Below are positions 1-9,565 of a DNA stretch of 64,000 nt, piece by piece (position 1 is the stretch's first letter; each line of letters starts with the position of its first letter). The DNA lies in assembly GCA_029552945.1 (NCBI GenBank), contig JAKPDD010000046.1, positions 139,612 through 203,611 of the forward strand, written 5' to 3'. The stretch comes from Spirochaetota bacterium (GTDB taxonomy: Bacteria > Spirochaetota > GWB1-36-13 > JAKPDD01). Under the pieces are notes generated by a model, which was given only the letters and a program-made list of their open reading frames with translations, was not told where the DNA came from and did not search any database. A program made the translations under genes and the position numbers.

Positions 1-12
1 AGGGATATTAAT

Positions 13-615
13 ATGAGAAATAAGATTATTATTTTTTTGTTATTTTTAAGCTTTGTATGTTATGGTAAAATGGAGGATGACTTTATAGATGCAGTTAAGA
101 CAAATGATCTTGAAAGAACAAAGTCTCTTATTCATCAGGGTGTTAATATTAATTACAAAGATAAAGATGGATTTACTGCATTGCACCATGCTGTCATTAA
201 TAATAATCTTAAAATGATAAATCTTATTTTAAGAGAGAATAGTCCTTTTATACCTACTGATAGATTTTTGCTTTCAGTTCCAGTGGTTGCTCTAAGCGTT
301 ATATTGTTTATAGTTATTGCAGCAATACTTGCTGTTTTTTATTCTCATAAACTTGCAGGGCCTGTGTATAGAATAGAAAAAAGTATATTGAAAATAATTA
401 ATGGTGCCCATAACTTCAGGGTTACACTTAGAAAAAAGGATGAGTTTAAAAACCTTGCTGATACTTTTAATAAGTTGATTGATTATGTTGATAAGCATTA
501 TAAAATAATTGAAAATGTTAAGTCTTTGATAAAGAATTATGAGGAGACAGGTAATAAAGATTTTATAAAAAAGGCTGAAGAGATTATAAACTCACATGTA
601 GAGGAGAGATTGTAA
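13..615 (+). CDS. Membrane signalling protein: N-terminal hydrophobic segment, ankyrin-like repeat, TM helix, HAMP-like domain, short tail
   Basis: 200-aa ORF; ankyrin-like motif DGFTALHHAVINNNLKMINLIL; after the TM helix, LAGPVYRIEKSILKIINGAHNFRVTLRKKDEFKNLADTFNKL fits the HAMP pattern (P...G....R....DEF..LA..FN). Confidence 0.5.
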   Translation: MRNKIIIFLLFLSFVCYGKMEDDFIDAVKTNDLERTKSLIHQGVNINYKDKDGFTALHHAVINNNLKMINLILRENSPFIPTDRFLLSVPVVALSVILFIVIAAILAVFYSHKLAGPVYRIEKSILKIINGAHNFRVTLRKKDEFKNLADTFNKLIDYVDKHYKIIENVKSLIKNYEETGNKDFIKKAEEIINSHVEERL

Positions 616-616
616 A

Positions 617-916
617 TTGGTGGTAATGTATATTGCAGCAGGTTATATTGAGTTTGATACAAGTGATTGTATGAGTCTTAAAGAAAGAAGAAGTGTGATA
701 AATAGTATTATACATAAAACAGTTTCTAAGTTTTCAAGAATATCTATAAATGAAGTTGGTGACTCAAATATTTTAAGTAAAGCTACTATTGGTGTTACTG
801 CTGTGTCTAATGATAAAAAGATAGCTGAATCAATGCTTTCAAGAGTATTAATGTATATAGAAAATGAATTATTTAGAAGTATTCACAGAATAGAGGTAAA
901 TGTTTTTGCCTTATAG
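617..916 (+). CDS. DUF503 (YlxP-like) family protein
   Basis: 99-aa ORF; TTG at 617, in-frame ATG at 626; SLKERRSVINSII and VSND motifs resemble the DUF503 family; starts 2 nt after the upstream stop. Confidence 0.5.
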   Translation: MVVMYIAAGYIEFDTSDCMSLKERRSVINSIIHKTVSKFSRISINEVGDSNILSKATIGVTAVSNDKKIAESMLSRVLMYIENELFRSIHRIEVNVFAL

Positions 917-1367
917 AGTTTATTTCTTACTTTTTATTTTTCTTAATTTTTCACATTTATATTCATCAGTTTATTATGATAGGATAGATTATGTTAAAGA
1001 GATAGTCAGATATGATGATTCTTTAAATATAAAGATATATAAAAAGGTTAGTAAAGAGGATACATTATTTCTTGAAAATTACTGGAAAATATACTACTAT
1101 AAAGATAAGATAATTGCTGAAGAGTTATATCAGAAAAATAGACTTGTGTACTATTATTGGTATTATTACACACCTGAGAAAATATATCAGACTGGTTATT
1201 TCTGGAATGGTATATATACAGATATTGTCTATTTTAAAGCACATGATAAATATATAAAACAGGGCTGGCCATACAATAATTTACCTGACGTTTATAAAGT
1301 CTATAATGCAAAAGATAATAGTTTAATTTATAATCATATCTATAATTTAAGATTACCTTCAAAATAA
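900..1367 (+). CDS. Hypothetical tyrosine-rich protein with N-terminal hydrophobic segment
   Basis: 155-aa ORF with ATG start; unusually Tyr-rich (YYYWYYY, KNRLVYYY); overlaps the upstream gene by 17 nt; no recognised domain. Confidence 0.35.
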   Translation: MFLPYRVYFLLFIFLNFSHLYSSVYYDRIDYVKEIVRYDDSLNIKIYKKVSKEDTLFLENYWKIYYYKDKIIAEELYQKNRLVYYYWYYYTPEKIYQTGYFWNGIYTDIVYFKAHDKYIKQGWPYNNLPDVYKVYNAKDNSLIYNHIYNLRLPSK

Positions 1368-1450
1368 AATTTTAAATAAATCTAAAAATTTATCTCTTTT
1401 ATTTTTAGAGTAAACTATAATACATAAGATAAATTTTATGGTAAAAAATT

Positions 1451-1464
1451 AAACTAATTAGTTT
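1451..1464. promoter_or_regulatory. Perfect 14-bp palindrome AAACTAATTAGTTT upstream of the bcd-etfBA operon (candidate operator)
   Basis: Sequence equals its own reverse complement; about 60 bp upstream of the bcd ATG. Confidence 0.25.
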
Positions 1465-1524
1465 GAATTATTAACTTACTTTATTAATTTTTATTGATAA
1501 AAGTTTAAAATAGAGGGGGAAAAA

Positions 1525-2664
1525 ATGTCATATAATTTAACGCCCTTCCAAGAGATGATAAGAGAGGTTACAAGAGAAATAACTGAAAAAGAGTTTAAAA
1601 ACAGGGCAGAGGAGATTGATAAGGAACATAGGTTTCCGGTAGAAAATGTTGAACTGTTAAAAAAGTTGGGGTATTTAGGGCTTTCAATCCCTAAAGAGTT
1701 AGGTGGATCCGGTGGTGATTATCTATCTTACATTATTGCTCTTGAAGAGATAGCGAGGTATTGTGCAACTACATGTGTTATATTATCAGCACATATATCA
1801 TTAGCTTGTAGTCCAATACTTAGTTTTGGTACACCGGAACAGAAAGAAAAGTTCTTAAGACCACTTGCAAGTGGAAAATATCTTGGTGCTTTTGGTCTTA
1901 CTGAACCTGGTGCTGGTACTGATGCTGGGGCACAGAAAACAAGAGCTGTTCTTGATGGTAATGAATGGGTATTAAATGGAACTAAGGTTTTTATTACCAA
2001 CGCAAAATATGCTGATCTGTATATAATATTTGCTATGACTGATCCTGCAGCTGGTGTTAAAGGTATAAGTGCTTTTATTGTTCCTGCTGATACGAAAGGG
2101 TTTTCGATAGGTAAAATTGAAGAAAAATTAGGTATATCAGGTTCAAGTACAGGTGAATTAATACTTGAAGATGTTAGAATACCAAAAGATTATATTTTAG
2201 GGCAACCTGGCATGGGGTTCAGAATAGCTATGCAGACACTTGATGGTGGAAGGATAGGTATAGCAGCACAGGCACTTGGTATTGCTCAAGGCTCTTTAGA
2301 TGAATCTATCAAATATGTAAAAGAGAGAGAACAATTTGGAAAACCTATAGCTGTCAATCAAGGTCTACAGTGGTATATAGCAGAAATGGCTACAAGGGTT
2401 GAAGCAGCAAGACTACTTGTTTATAATGCAGCAAGATTAAAAGATGCTAAAAAACCTTTTAGTAAAGAAGCTGCAATGGCAAAACTTTATGCATCAGAGA
2501 CAGCTACTTTTGTTTCTCATAAAGCTATTCAATTGTTTGGTGGTTATGGTTATACTAAAGATTATCCTGTGGAAAGGTTTTATAGAGATGCAAGAATTAC
2601 AGAGATATATGAAGGTACTTCAGAAGTTCAAAAAATGGTAATTGCAGCAAATGTTTTAAAGTAG
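1525..2664 (+). CDS. bcd: Short-chain (butyryl-CoA-type) acyl-CoA dehydrogenase
   Basis: 379 aa; acyl-CoA dehydrogenase-like throughout (GAFGLTEPGAGTDAG, C-terminal YEGTSEVQKMVIA); RBS GAGGGGG before ATG; followed by etfB and etfA. Confidence 0.9.
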   Translation: MSYNLTPFQEMIREVTREITEKEFKNRAEEIDKEHRFPVENVELLKKLGYLGLSIPKELGGSGGDYLSYIIALEEIARYCATTCVILSAHISLACSPILSFGTPEQKEKFLRPLASGKYLGAFGLTEPGAGTDAGAQKTRAVLDGNEWVLNGTKVFITNAKYADLYIIFAMTDPAAGVKGISAFIVPADTKGFSIGKIEEKLGISGSSTGELILEDVRIPKDYILGQPGMGFRIAMQTLDGGRIGIAAQALGIAQGSLDESIKYVKEREQFGKPIAVNQGLQWYIAEMATRVEAARLLVYNAARLKDAKKPFSKEAAMAKLYASETATFVSHKAIQLFGGYGYTKDYPVERFYRDARITEIYEGTSEVQKMVIAANVLK

Positions 2665-2673
2665 GAGGATGAA

Positions 2674-3474
2674 ATGGATATAAAAAATATAATAGTTTTG
2701 ATAAAACAGGTTCCAAATACAAATGAAATAAAAATAGATCCAAAAACAGGTACTTTGATAAGGGAAGGTATCCCAAGTATCATGAATCCTGATGATAAGC
2801 ACGCTTTAGAGGAAGCTTTAAAAATAAAAGAACAAACAGGTGCAACTGTTACAGTTATTACAATGGGGCCACCTCAAGCTGAAAAAATATTATTAGAAGC
2901 TTTAGGAATGGGAGCTGATAAAGCTTATCATGTTACTGATAGACTCTTTGCTGGTGCTGATACATTGGCTACTTCATATACATTAAGTTCAGCTATAAAG
3001 AAAATAGGGGAGTTTGATATTATTTTTGCTGGTAGAGAAGCTATAGATGGTGATACTGCTCAAGTTGGTCCTCAAATTGCAGAAATGCTTGGAATCCCAC
3101 AGGTAACTTATGTTAAGAGTGTTGAAATTAAGGGGAAAAAGCTTAAAATAAAAAGAGCACTGGAAAATGGTTATTATGAGGTTGAGGTTGAAACTCCTGT
3201 TTTACTTACAGCAATAAAAGACCTTAATACTCCAAGATACCCTAATGTTGCTAATATTGCTAATGCTTTTGCCAATAAAAGCTCTCTTATTACATTACTT
3301 GGTGCAAATTCATTGGATGTAGACCAAAATAGGTTGGGACTTAAAGGTTCACCTACTCAGGTTTTTAAAAGTTTTTCACCTACTATAAAAAGACAAGGGG
3401 AAATATTAACTGGTAATGCGAGAGAGTCTGCATCAAAACTTAAAGCAAAATTAAAAGAAAGGCACTTAATTTAG
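2674..3474 (+). CDS. etfB: Electron transfer flavoprotein beta subunit
   Basis: 266 aa; typical EtfB N-terminus (IVLIKQVPNT, NPDDKHALEEAL); RBS AGGAGG; 9 nt after bcd. Confidence 0.9.
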   Translation: MDIKNIIVLIKQVPNTNEIKIDPKTGTLIREGIPSIMNPDDKHALEEALKIKEQTGATVTVITMGPPQAEKILLEALGMGADKAYHVTDRLFAGADTLATSYTLSSAIKKIGEFDIIFAGREAIDGDTAQVGPQIAEMLGIPQVTYVKSVEIKGKKLKIKRALENGYYEVEVETPVLLTAIKDLNTPRYPNVANIANAFANKSSLITLLGANSLDVDQNRLGLKGSPTQVFKSFSPTIKRQGEILTGNARESASKLKAKLKERHLI

Positions 3475-3484
3475 GGGGTAAAAT

Positions 3485-4468
3485 ATGGAAAATTATAGAG
3501 GAGTATTAGTTTTTGCTGAACAGAGAGAGGGAAATTTACAGAATGTTGCACTTGAGCTTTTAGGTGAAGCAAGAAAAATAGCAAATAAATTAAATGTTGA
3601 AGTTAGTGCACTTTTGGTGGGACATAAGATAGAAAAATTAGCAGATGCTTTATTTGAATATGGAGCTGATAAGGTTTATGTTGTTGATGATAAAGATTAT
3701 AACTATTATTCAACTGATCATTATGCTCATGTTTTTACTGAGGCGATAAAACAATTAAAACCAGAAATAGTATTAATAGGTGCAACAAGTATAGGTAGAG
3801 ACCTTGCTCCGAGAGTTTCAGCAAGACTTGGAACAGGGCTTACAGCTGACTGTACATCTCTTGATGTTGATGTGGAAAAAAGGTTATTGCTTCAGACAAG
3901 ACCTGCATTTGGTGGTAATGTAATGGCAACTATTATATGCCCTAATCATAGGCCTCAAATGGCAACTGTAAGGCCAGGTGTTATGGAAAAAAATTATGAA
4001 AAAGGTAGAACTGGGAAAGTAGAAAAATTAAATATACCTAAGATAGAATCCAAGGTTAAAGTGCTTAATGTTGTAAAAGAGGCTAAAAAAGCTGTTTCAT
4101 TAAGTGAAGCTAAGGTAATAGTTGCAGGTGGTAGAGGAGTTGGTTCAAAAGAGGGATTCAAACTTATAGAGGAACTTGCTAAGGTTTTAGGGGGTGAGGT
4201 AGGAGCATCAAGGGCTGCTGTTGAAGCTGGTTATATAACAAAAGACCATCAGGTTGGACAAACTGGACAAACTGTTAAACCAGAACTATATATTGCATGT
4301 GGTATATCTGGTGCAATACAACACTTGGCTGGTATGCAATCATCAAGAACAATAATAGCAATAAACAAAGACCCTAATGCACCAATATTCAAAGTATGTG
4401 ATTATGGCATTGTTGGAGAAATAAAAGAGGTTATACCTGCTCTTATTGAAGAGCTAAAAAATAAATAA
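3485..4468 (+). CDS. etfA: Electron transfer flavoprotein alpha subunit
   Basis: 327 aa; EtfA FAD-binding region (AVGASRAAVEAGY, YIACGISGAIQHLAGM); RBS GGGGG. Confidence 0.9.
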   Translation: MENYRGVLVFAEQREGNLQNVALELLGEARKIANKLNVEVSALLVGHKIEKLADALFEYGADKVYVVDDKDYNYYSTDHYAHVFTEAIKQLKPEIVLIGATSIGRDLAPRVSARLGTGLTADCTSLDVDVEKRLLLQTRPAFGGNVMATIICPNHRPQMATVRPGVMEKNYEKGRTGKVEKLNIPKIESKVKVLNVVKEAKKAVSLSEAKVIVAGGRGVGSKEGFKLIEELAKVLGGEVGASRAAVEAGYITKDHQVGQTGQTVKPELYIACGISGAIQHLAGMQSSRTIIAINKDPNAPIFKVCDYGIVGEIKEVIPALIEELKNK

Positions 4469-4482
4469 TATGGAGGAAATTA

Positions 4483-4911
4483 ATGGAGATAATAGGAGTT
4501 ACAGTTGATAATATAAAAGTAGGTGATAAGGCAGCTATAAGAAAGACTATAACTGAGGCAGATATATTAATGTTTGCTGCTGTTTCAACAGATGCAAATC
4601 CTGCACATATAGATGAAGAATATGCAAAAAATACAATATTTAAAAAGAGAATTGCACACGGTGCTTTAACAAGTAGTTTAGTTTCAGCTGTTCTTGGAAT
4701 GAAACTACCTGGCCCTGGTACAATATATATAAGTCAGACTTCAAAGTTCCTTGCACCTGTATATATTGGTGATACTATAACTGCTATAGTTGAAGCAAAA
4801 GAGGTAAATACAGAAAAAAATAGAGTTGTTTTCAGAACATACTGTGAAAATCAGGAAGGAAAAATTGTTATGGATGGCGAAGCTGTTGTTATGCCACCAA
4901 AGAAAAAATAG
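4483..4911 (+). CDS. MaoC-like (R)-specific enoyl-CoA hydratase / dehydratase
   Basis: 142 aa hot-dog-fold protein (FAAVSTDANPAHIDEEYA, IAHGALTSS); last gene of the bcd-etf cluster. Confidence 0.75.
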   Translation: MEIIGVTVDNIKVGDKAAIRKTITEADILMFAAVSTDANPAHIDEEYAKNTIFKKRIAHGALTSSLVSAVLGMKLPGPGTIYISQTSKFLAPVYIGDTITAIVEAKEVNTEKNRVVFRTYCENQEGKIVMDGEAVVMPPKKK

Positions 4912-4930
4912 AATAAGTTTTTAAATTAGA

Positions 4931-4949
4931 TGGAGGGATATTCCCTCCA
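4931..4949. terminator. Bidirectional stem-loop between convergent genes (TGGAGGGA-TAT-TCCCTCCA)
   Basis: 8-bp inverted repeat with 3-nt loop, flanked by A/T-rich sequence; lies between the MaoC stop and the stop of the minus-strand gene. Confidence 0.5.
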
Positions 4950-4954
4950 CATTT

Positions 4955-5590
4955 CTATTGAATTACTATTTTATTTTTATCTATAACAATATCACCTAAG
5001 TCTAACATAGAATTTATAAGGAAAATTTTGTCAAAAAATTTTAAGTCTTTAAGTTTTATTTCTTCTTCTATTATTATTCCTTTTATTAGTAATTCTTCTC
5101 TTTTTGTGCCTTCAAGTAGTGGTGTATTTGGTGTTATAAGTTTTTTTCTATCTGATAATACTATATTTGTATAAGTTGTATCTGTTAGGTAACCATTCTT
5201 TACTATTATTATTTCATCTTTATCTTTTTTTAACTCATTAAATATATTTCTGTCGACTGATTTATATTTATAATCAATATTATTACATTCTATTACGAAT
5301 ATTTTGTCTATATTTTTTATTCTGTATTTTTCTATATCTATCTTTATAATTTCATTAGAGTATACTATTCTTATTTTATATCTGTCTTTATTATCTGGTT
5401 TATCTATTTTTTTTAACTCTTTTTCAAGGTTTAATGGAGTATTATAGGGAAAAAAGACTTTAAATACTTTATTTACTCTTTTTTGATGTAGATCTAAGTT
5501 TATAATTTTGTTGTTTTCATATCGTATTGTTTCTATGAATTGGTACATATATTTTATCCAATAGTTCTTGATATTCTTTTTTAGGATCAC
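4955..5590 (-). CDS. Class IV aminotransferase-fold protein, probable aminodeoxychorismate lyase (PabC-like)
   Basis: 211 aa; directly downstream of the pabB-like gene on the same strand, overlapping it by 74 nt, so the true start is probably an internal Met; short for the family. Confidence 0.45.
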   Translation of the reverse strand: MILKKNIKNYWIKYMYQFIETIRYENNKIINLDLHQKRVNKVFKVFFPYNTPLNLEKELKKIDKPDNKDRYKIRIVYSNEIIKIDIEKYRIKNIDKIFVIECNNIDYKYKSVDRNIFNELKKDKDEIIIVKNGYLTDTTYTNIVLSDRKKLITPNTPLLEGTKREELLIKGIIIEEEIKLKDLKFFDKIFLINSMLDLGDIVIDKNKIVIQ

Positions 5591-6497
5591 TGTAGACTGT
5601 TATTCCACCACCACTTCTATAGTATATTTTATCATGAACTTTTTCAATGTATCTTATCATAACACATGAGTCTAAGTTTTTCCCATCAAAATAGCCAAAT
5701 ACACCTGTATAGTATCCTCTTTTCTCATTTTCTGCTTTTTTTATTATTTCAACTGTTTTCTTTTTTGGAGCACCAGATACGGAACCAGCAGGTAATAATT
5801 TAAATATTATTTCTCCAAGGTTTGAATAATAATTTTCAGGTAATTTGCCTCTTATTTCACTACTTGTTTGTAATATTTTTTTATTATTAGTTTTAATAGT
5901 TTCTATGTATCTATATTTTATAACTTCTACATTTTCAGATACACTATTTAAATCATTTCTTATTAAATCCACGATCGTTATATGCTCAGCTATTTCTTTT
6001 TGATCTTCCAATAGGATTTTTTCTGCATTTTCTATGGATGCATCTATTGTGCCTTTCATAGGGTATGAGTATATATAACCGTCTTTTATTCTTATAAATG
6101 TTTCAGGTGAGAACACTAAAAAATTATCTTGTAGTAATATTTTGTATTTAGCTTCTGCTAGTATAAAAATTGTTTCTAAAGGAATATTAGTCTCTATTTT
6201 AGTTTTGAATGTAAGATTTGTAAGGTATGAGTTTCCATTTCTCTCTTCTTCCTGTACTATGTTTATTTTCTTTAAATATTTATCATATTCTATAGGTTTT
6301 ATAAATAATTTTATTTTTTCTGGAATAGTTTTAATATTTGTATCAGGTATTTTTTGGATATTACCTATCTTGAAAAATATGTTTTCTGGCAGTTCATTCA
6401 TGGAAAATAAAAGAGGTTTTTCCATTTCAAAGTCTATTATAAAGATAAACGGGATTTTTTCTCTTGAAAGTTTATTTATATTTTCTACTATTTCCAT
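5517..6497 (-). CDS. pabB: Aminodeoxychorismate synthase component I-like chorismate-binding enzyme
   Basis: 326 aa; C-terminal chorismate-binding motifs (SGAPKKKTVEIIKKAENEKRGYYTGVFGYF, RSGGGITVYSDP); adjacent class IV aminotransferase supports PabB over TrpE. Confidence 0.7.
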   Translation of the reverse strand: MEIVENINKLSREKIPFIFIIDFEMEKPLLFSMNELPENIFFKIGNIQKIPDTNIKTIPEKIKLFIKPIEYDKYLKKINIVQEEERNGNSYLTNLTFKTKIETNIPLETIFILAEAKYKILLQDNFLVFSPETFIRIKDGYIYSYPMKGTIDASIENAEKILLEDQKEIAEHITIVDLIRNDLNSVSENVEVIKYRYIETIKTNNKKILQTSSEIRGKLPENYYSNLGEIIFKLLPAGSVSGAPKKKTVEIIKKAENEKRGYYTGVFGYFDGKNLDSCVMIRYIEKVHDKIYYRSGGGITVYSDPKKEYQELLDKIYVPIHRNNTI

Positions 6498-6515
6498 TTA
6501 TGTATTTTGATTAAG

Positions 6516-6606
6516 CGGAGAGGGAGGGATTTGAACCCTCGGTACCGCTTTTGGCGGTACAACCCCTTAGCAGGGGGTCCTGTTCGGCCAACTCCAGCAC
6601 CTCTCC
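6516..6606 (-). tRNA. tRNA-Ser (anticodon GCU)
   Basis: Reverse complement folds as a class II tRNA: acceptor GGAGAGG/CCTCTCC, anticodon stem ACCCC/GGGGT, loop CTGCTAA, long variable arm, T-loop GGTTCAAATCC. Confidence 0.85.
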
Positions 6607-6675
6607 AAGTTTTATGAAGTGTATTAAAATTTAATTAAATATAAAATTTTTTAATAAAATTTTTAAAATTAATTT

Positions 6676-8112
6676 TTATAATTTTTCTTTATCATACTCT
6701 AATGCTTCAACTTTTGCTGCAATTTCTATCTGCTCTACCTTTTCTTTTCCAAATCTCTTTATTGTTATTTTATTTTCCCATTTACCTAATTTATAATATA
6801 AAAATGATAGTATTGCTCCCATAACCCAGGCAATAGGTATTCCCCACCATATACCTACTACTCCAATTTTTTTTGACAATATATATGAAATTGGTATTCT
6901 TAATGCCCATAAAGATATTATTGTTATAAACATAGGGATCAATGTATCTCCAACACCTCTTAAAAAACCATGGAATACAAACATAATAGAAAATGCTATA
7001 TAGAATGATGTTACTATTACAAGGTATTGATGACCTATGTTTATTACATTGATTTCATTATTAAATAGTTTAATTATATCAGTACCAAAAATATTTACTA
7101 TTATCACTATTATAAAAGAGTAAGTAATTGATATAAGTAGAGTTTTACTTATACCTTTTTTAGCTCTCTTTATATCATCTTTTCCAATATTTTGTCCTGT
7201 AAATGTTGATAGTGCTGCTGAAAAACTCATAGCAGGCATCATTGCTAAAGAATCAATTCTACCTGCTGCTGTGAATGCTGTTAATGCATCAACACCAAAG
7301 TTGTTAACAATTTTTGTAAGTCCTGCAAAACCAAGAGCAACTGCTATCTGTTGAACTCCAGTAGGTATTCCTAATTTAAGGATTATTTTAAGTAATTTAA
7401 AATCAAGTCTAAGATATTTTATATCTATTTTCAATATAGAGTTCTTTTTTTCAAGGATTATTATTCCAGTGATTAAGCCTATTCCTTCTGAGATAGCTGT
7501 AGCCCATGCCGCACCTTCAATACCCCAGTTAAAATAAACTACAAATAAAAGATCAAGTATTATATTTAGTAGACTAGAGAATATAAGCAAATATAATGGT
7601 GTTTTTGAATCTCCTATCCCTCTTAATGTGCTTGAAAGTCCATGAAATCCAATCAATAATACACTTGTTAAAAAGTTTATTCTTAGGTATTTTGTAGCAT
7701 CTTCTATTATGTTATCAGGTGTATTTATAAGTTTTAAAATGTTTTTTGATAATAAGGTTCCTGCTATTGTTATAACTAGTGAAAACAGGAATAAAAAATA
7801 ATATAGAGTACCATTAAGTTTTTTAAGTTTTTCAATATTCTTTGCACCGTAAAACTGTGAAGCAAGAATTGTTGCTCCCATTGTAAAGCCAAACATCATA
7901 GCAATTATTAAAAATATTATAGGAAAACTTGCACCTACTGCACTCAATCCCTCCTTACCTACAAATTTTCCAATTATAATGGCATCAACTATATTGTAGA
8001 ACTGCATAAGAATATTGCCTAATATAAGTGGAATACTGAAGTTTATTATATTTGATATTATACTACCTTTTGTCATATCTTTCATTGATTTATCCTTTTT
8101 AAGTTTTGTCAT
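6676..8112 (-). CDS. MATE family efflux transporter
   Basis: 478 aa polytopic membrane protein with 12 predicted TM helices and MATE-like repeat organisation. Confidence 0.8.
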   Translation of the reverse strand: MTKLKKDKSMKDMTKGSIISNIINFSIPLILGNILMQFYNIVDAIIIGKFVGKEGLSAVGASFPIIFLIIAMMFGFTMGATILASQFYGAKNIEKLKKLNGTLYYFLFLFSLVITIAGTLLSKNILKLINTPDNIIEDATKYLRINFLTSVLLIGFHGLSSTLRGIGDSKTPLYLLIFSSLLNIILDLLFVVYFNWGIEGAAWATAISEGIGLITGIIILEKKNSILKIDIKYLRLDFKLLKIILKLGIPTGVQQIAVALGFAGLTKIVNNFGVDALTAFTAAGRIDSLAMMPAMSFSAALSTFTGQNIGKDDIKRAKKGISKTLLISITYSFIIVIIVNIFGTDIIKLFNNEINVINIGHQYLVIVTSFYIAFSIMFVFHGFLRGVGDTLIPMFITIISLWALRIPISYILSKKIGVVGIWWGIPIAWVMGAILSFLYYKLGKWENKITIKRFGKEKVEQIEIAAKVEALEYDKEKL

Positions 8113-8257
8113 TTTTTAAAATTTTATTTATAAAAAAGTGTTTTAATATTGAAAATTATTTTTGTAGATTAAAATTTAAGTTTTAAGTTTATTTTATTAA
8201 TATTTTGAATTAAATATTTTAAATTTTGTATAGAATAAATTTTAACAGGGTTATTTT

Positions 8258-8623
8258 ATGAAAAGAGTACTTGTAATTGATGACTCTAATGTTATAAAAG
8301 CAAACACTGAGAGTATAATAACAAAAAATGGATTTGAGTTTGAACATGCTTTTGATGGTAAAGAAGCAATTAATATATTAAAGGCTGGATTTGAACCGAA
8401 TATTATAATTTGTGATATTAATATGCCTAATATGGATGGGCTTGAGTTTTTAGAATGGGTAAAAAACGAAGATAATTTTAAGTTTATTCCAGTAGTAATG
8501 CTAACAACTGAAACAGAAATACAGTTAATGCAAAAAGCTAAAAAACTTGGAGCATCTGGCTGGATAATTAAGCCTTTTGATGAGGATACACTGATCGAAG
8601 TAATAAAAAAATTTATAAGGTAA
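8258..8623 (+). CDS. Single-domain CheY-like response regulator receiver
   Basis: 121 aa; receiver motifs (VLVIDDS, IIICDINMPNMDG, KPFD). Confidence 0.8.
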   Translation: MKRVLVIDDSNVIKANTESIITKNGFEFEHAFDGKEAINILKAGFEPNIIICDINMPNMDGLEFLEWVKNEDNFKFIPVVMLTTETEIQLMQKAKKLGASGWIIKPFDEDTLIEVIKKFIR

Positions 8624-8627
8624 TATC

Positions 8628-9557
8628 ATGTGGATAATAGATATTATAAAAACATCTGGTAAAACAGGTTTTGAGATTGGTGTATACATATTACTTCCTA
8701 TTCTTGTTGTAATGATGGCTTTTATGAGACTTATTGAAAAAAAAGGGATATTAGTAAAAATCGCATTTATTACTTCTCCTGTTATGTTTTTTTCAGGTTT
8801 ACCTGCTATAGGACTTTTTGCTGTTCTTCAGATACTTTTTGTAAACTTTGCTGCTCCCCTTGCTACACTTGCTATAATGGAAGAAGATGATTCGATATCA
8901 GAAAGAGAGGTTGCAGCAGTTCTTGCTGTAATATTTTCAATGCCTCAGGCAAATGCTACTTTTCCATTGACACTAAAGGGATTGAATCTTGGTATAACAA
9001 TTTTTTTTGCTTTAATATCTATGTTTTTGACCGGTATGATAACTTACCATTTACTTACAAGAAATATGGGGGACCATTCTCTTAAGCTCTTAAAAAAAAT
9101 AAATTATCAAAAGTCAAATGAAAAAATATTGAGAATAATTATGGACTCGGGTGCGGAGGGTTTCAGACTTGCTTTAAACTCTATTCCAATGATAATCATC
9201 GCATTATTTATAGTAAATGTTCTTAAGGGTATTGGTTTTATAGAGTTTCTTGAAAGTGTTTTAAAACCAGTGTTTTCTCATTTAGGAATACCTTCTATAA
9301 CAGTTTTACCTGTGGTTACAAAGTATATTGCAGGTGGTACTGCAATGATGGGAGTTACTATCGACTTAATGGATAAAGGTCTTTTAAATAGTCTTGACCT
9401 TAACAGAATAGCAGGGTTTGTTATTAATCCACTTGATCCTGTTGGTGTTGCTATACTTGCAAGTAGTTCTAAAACTTCTAGAGTCTTAAAAAAAGCAATA
9501 ATGGGTGGTATAATAGGAATACTTATAAAAGGTATTTTACATATAATATATTTTTAG
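8628..9557 (+). CDS. Polytopic membrane protein, nucleoside-recognition (Gate) domain-like
   Basis: 309 aa with multiple TM helices; 4 nt after the CheY-like gene; family assignment by pattern only. Confidence 0.4.
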   Translation: MWIIDIIKTSGKTGFEIGVYILLPILVVMMAFMRLIEKKGILVKIAFITSPVMFFSGLPAIGLFAVLQILFVNFAAPLATLAIMEEDDSISEREVAAVLAVIFSMPQANATFPLTLKGLNLGITIFFALISMFLTGMITYHLLTRNMGDHSLKLLKKINYQKSNEKILRIIMDSGAEGFRLALNSIPMIIIALFIVNVLKGIGFIEFLESVLKPVFSHLGIPSITVLPVVTKYIAGGTAMMGVTIDLMDKGLLNSLDLNRIAGFVINPLDPVGVAILASSSKTSRVLKKAIMGGIIGILIKGILHIIYF

Positions 9558-9565
9558 GTTTTATT

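Noticed and set aside
292-498. Short ORFs from the six-frame track lying antisense to or inside stronger genes: 292-498, 1728-2000, 2444-2641, 6142-6510, 16130-16342, 16360-16578, 18095-18319, 18746-18949, 19814-20029, 21516-21740, 23649-23927, 24099-24329, 24232-24444, 24814-25221, 26098-26343, 26833-27054, 27749-27934, 38946-39173, 39042-39266, 41339-41638, 43838-44029, 46313-46807, 49364-49567, 55111-55533, 55278-55478, 57320-57547, 58104-58343, 59704-59895, 62059-62250, 62577-62864
   Set aside because: Each overlaps a longer ORF with clear homology-like features on the other strand or frame; translations are low-complexity (Leu/Ile/Phe/Ser-rich), typical of spurious frames in AT-rich DNA
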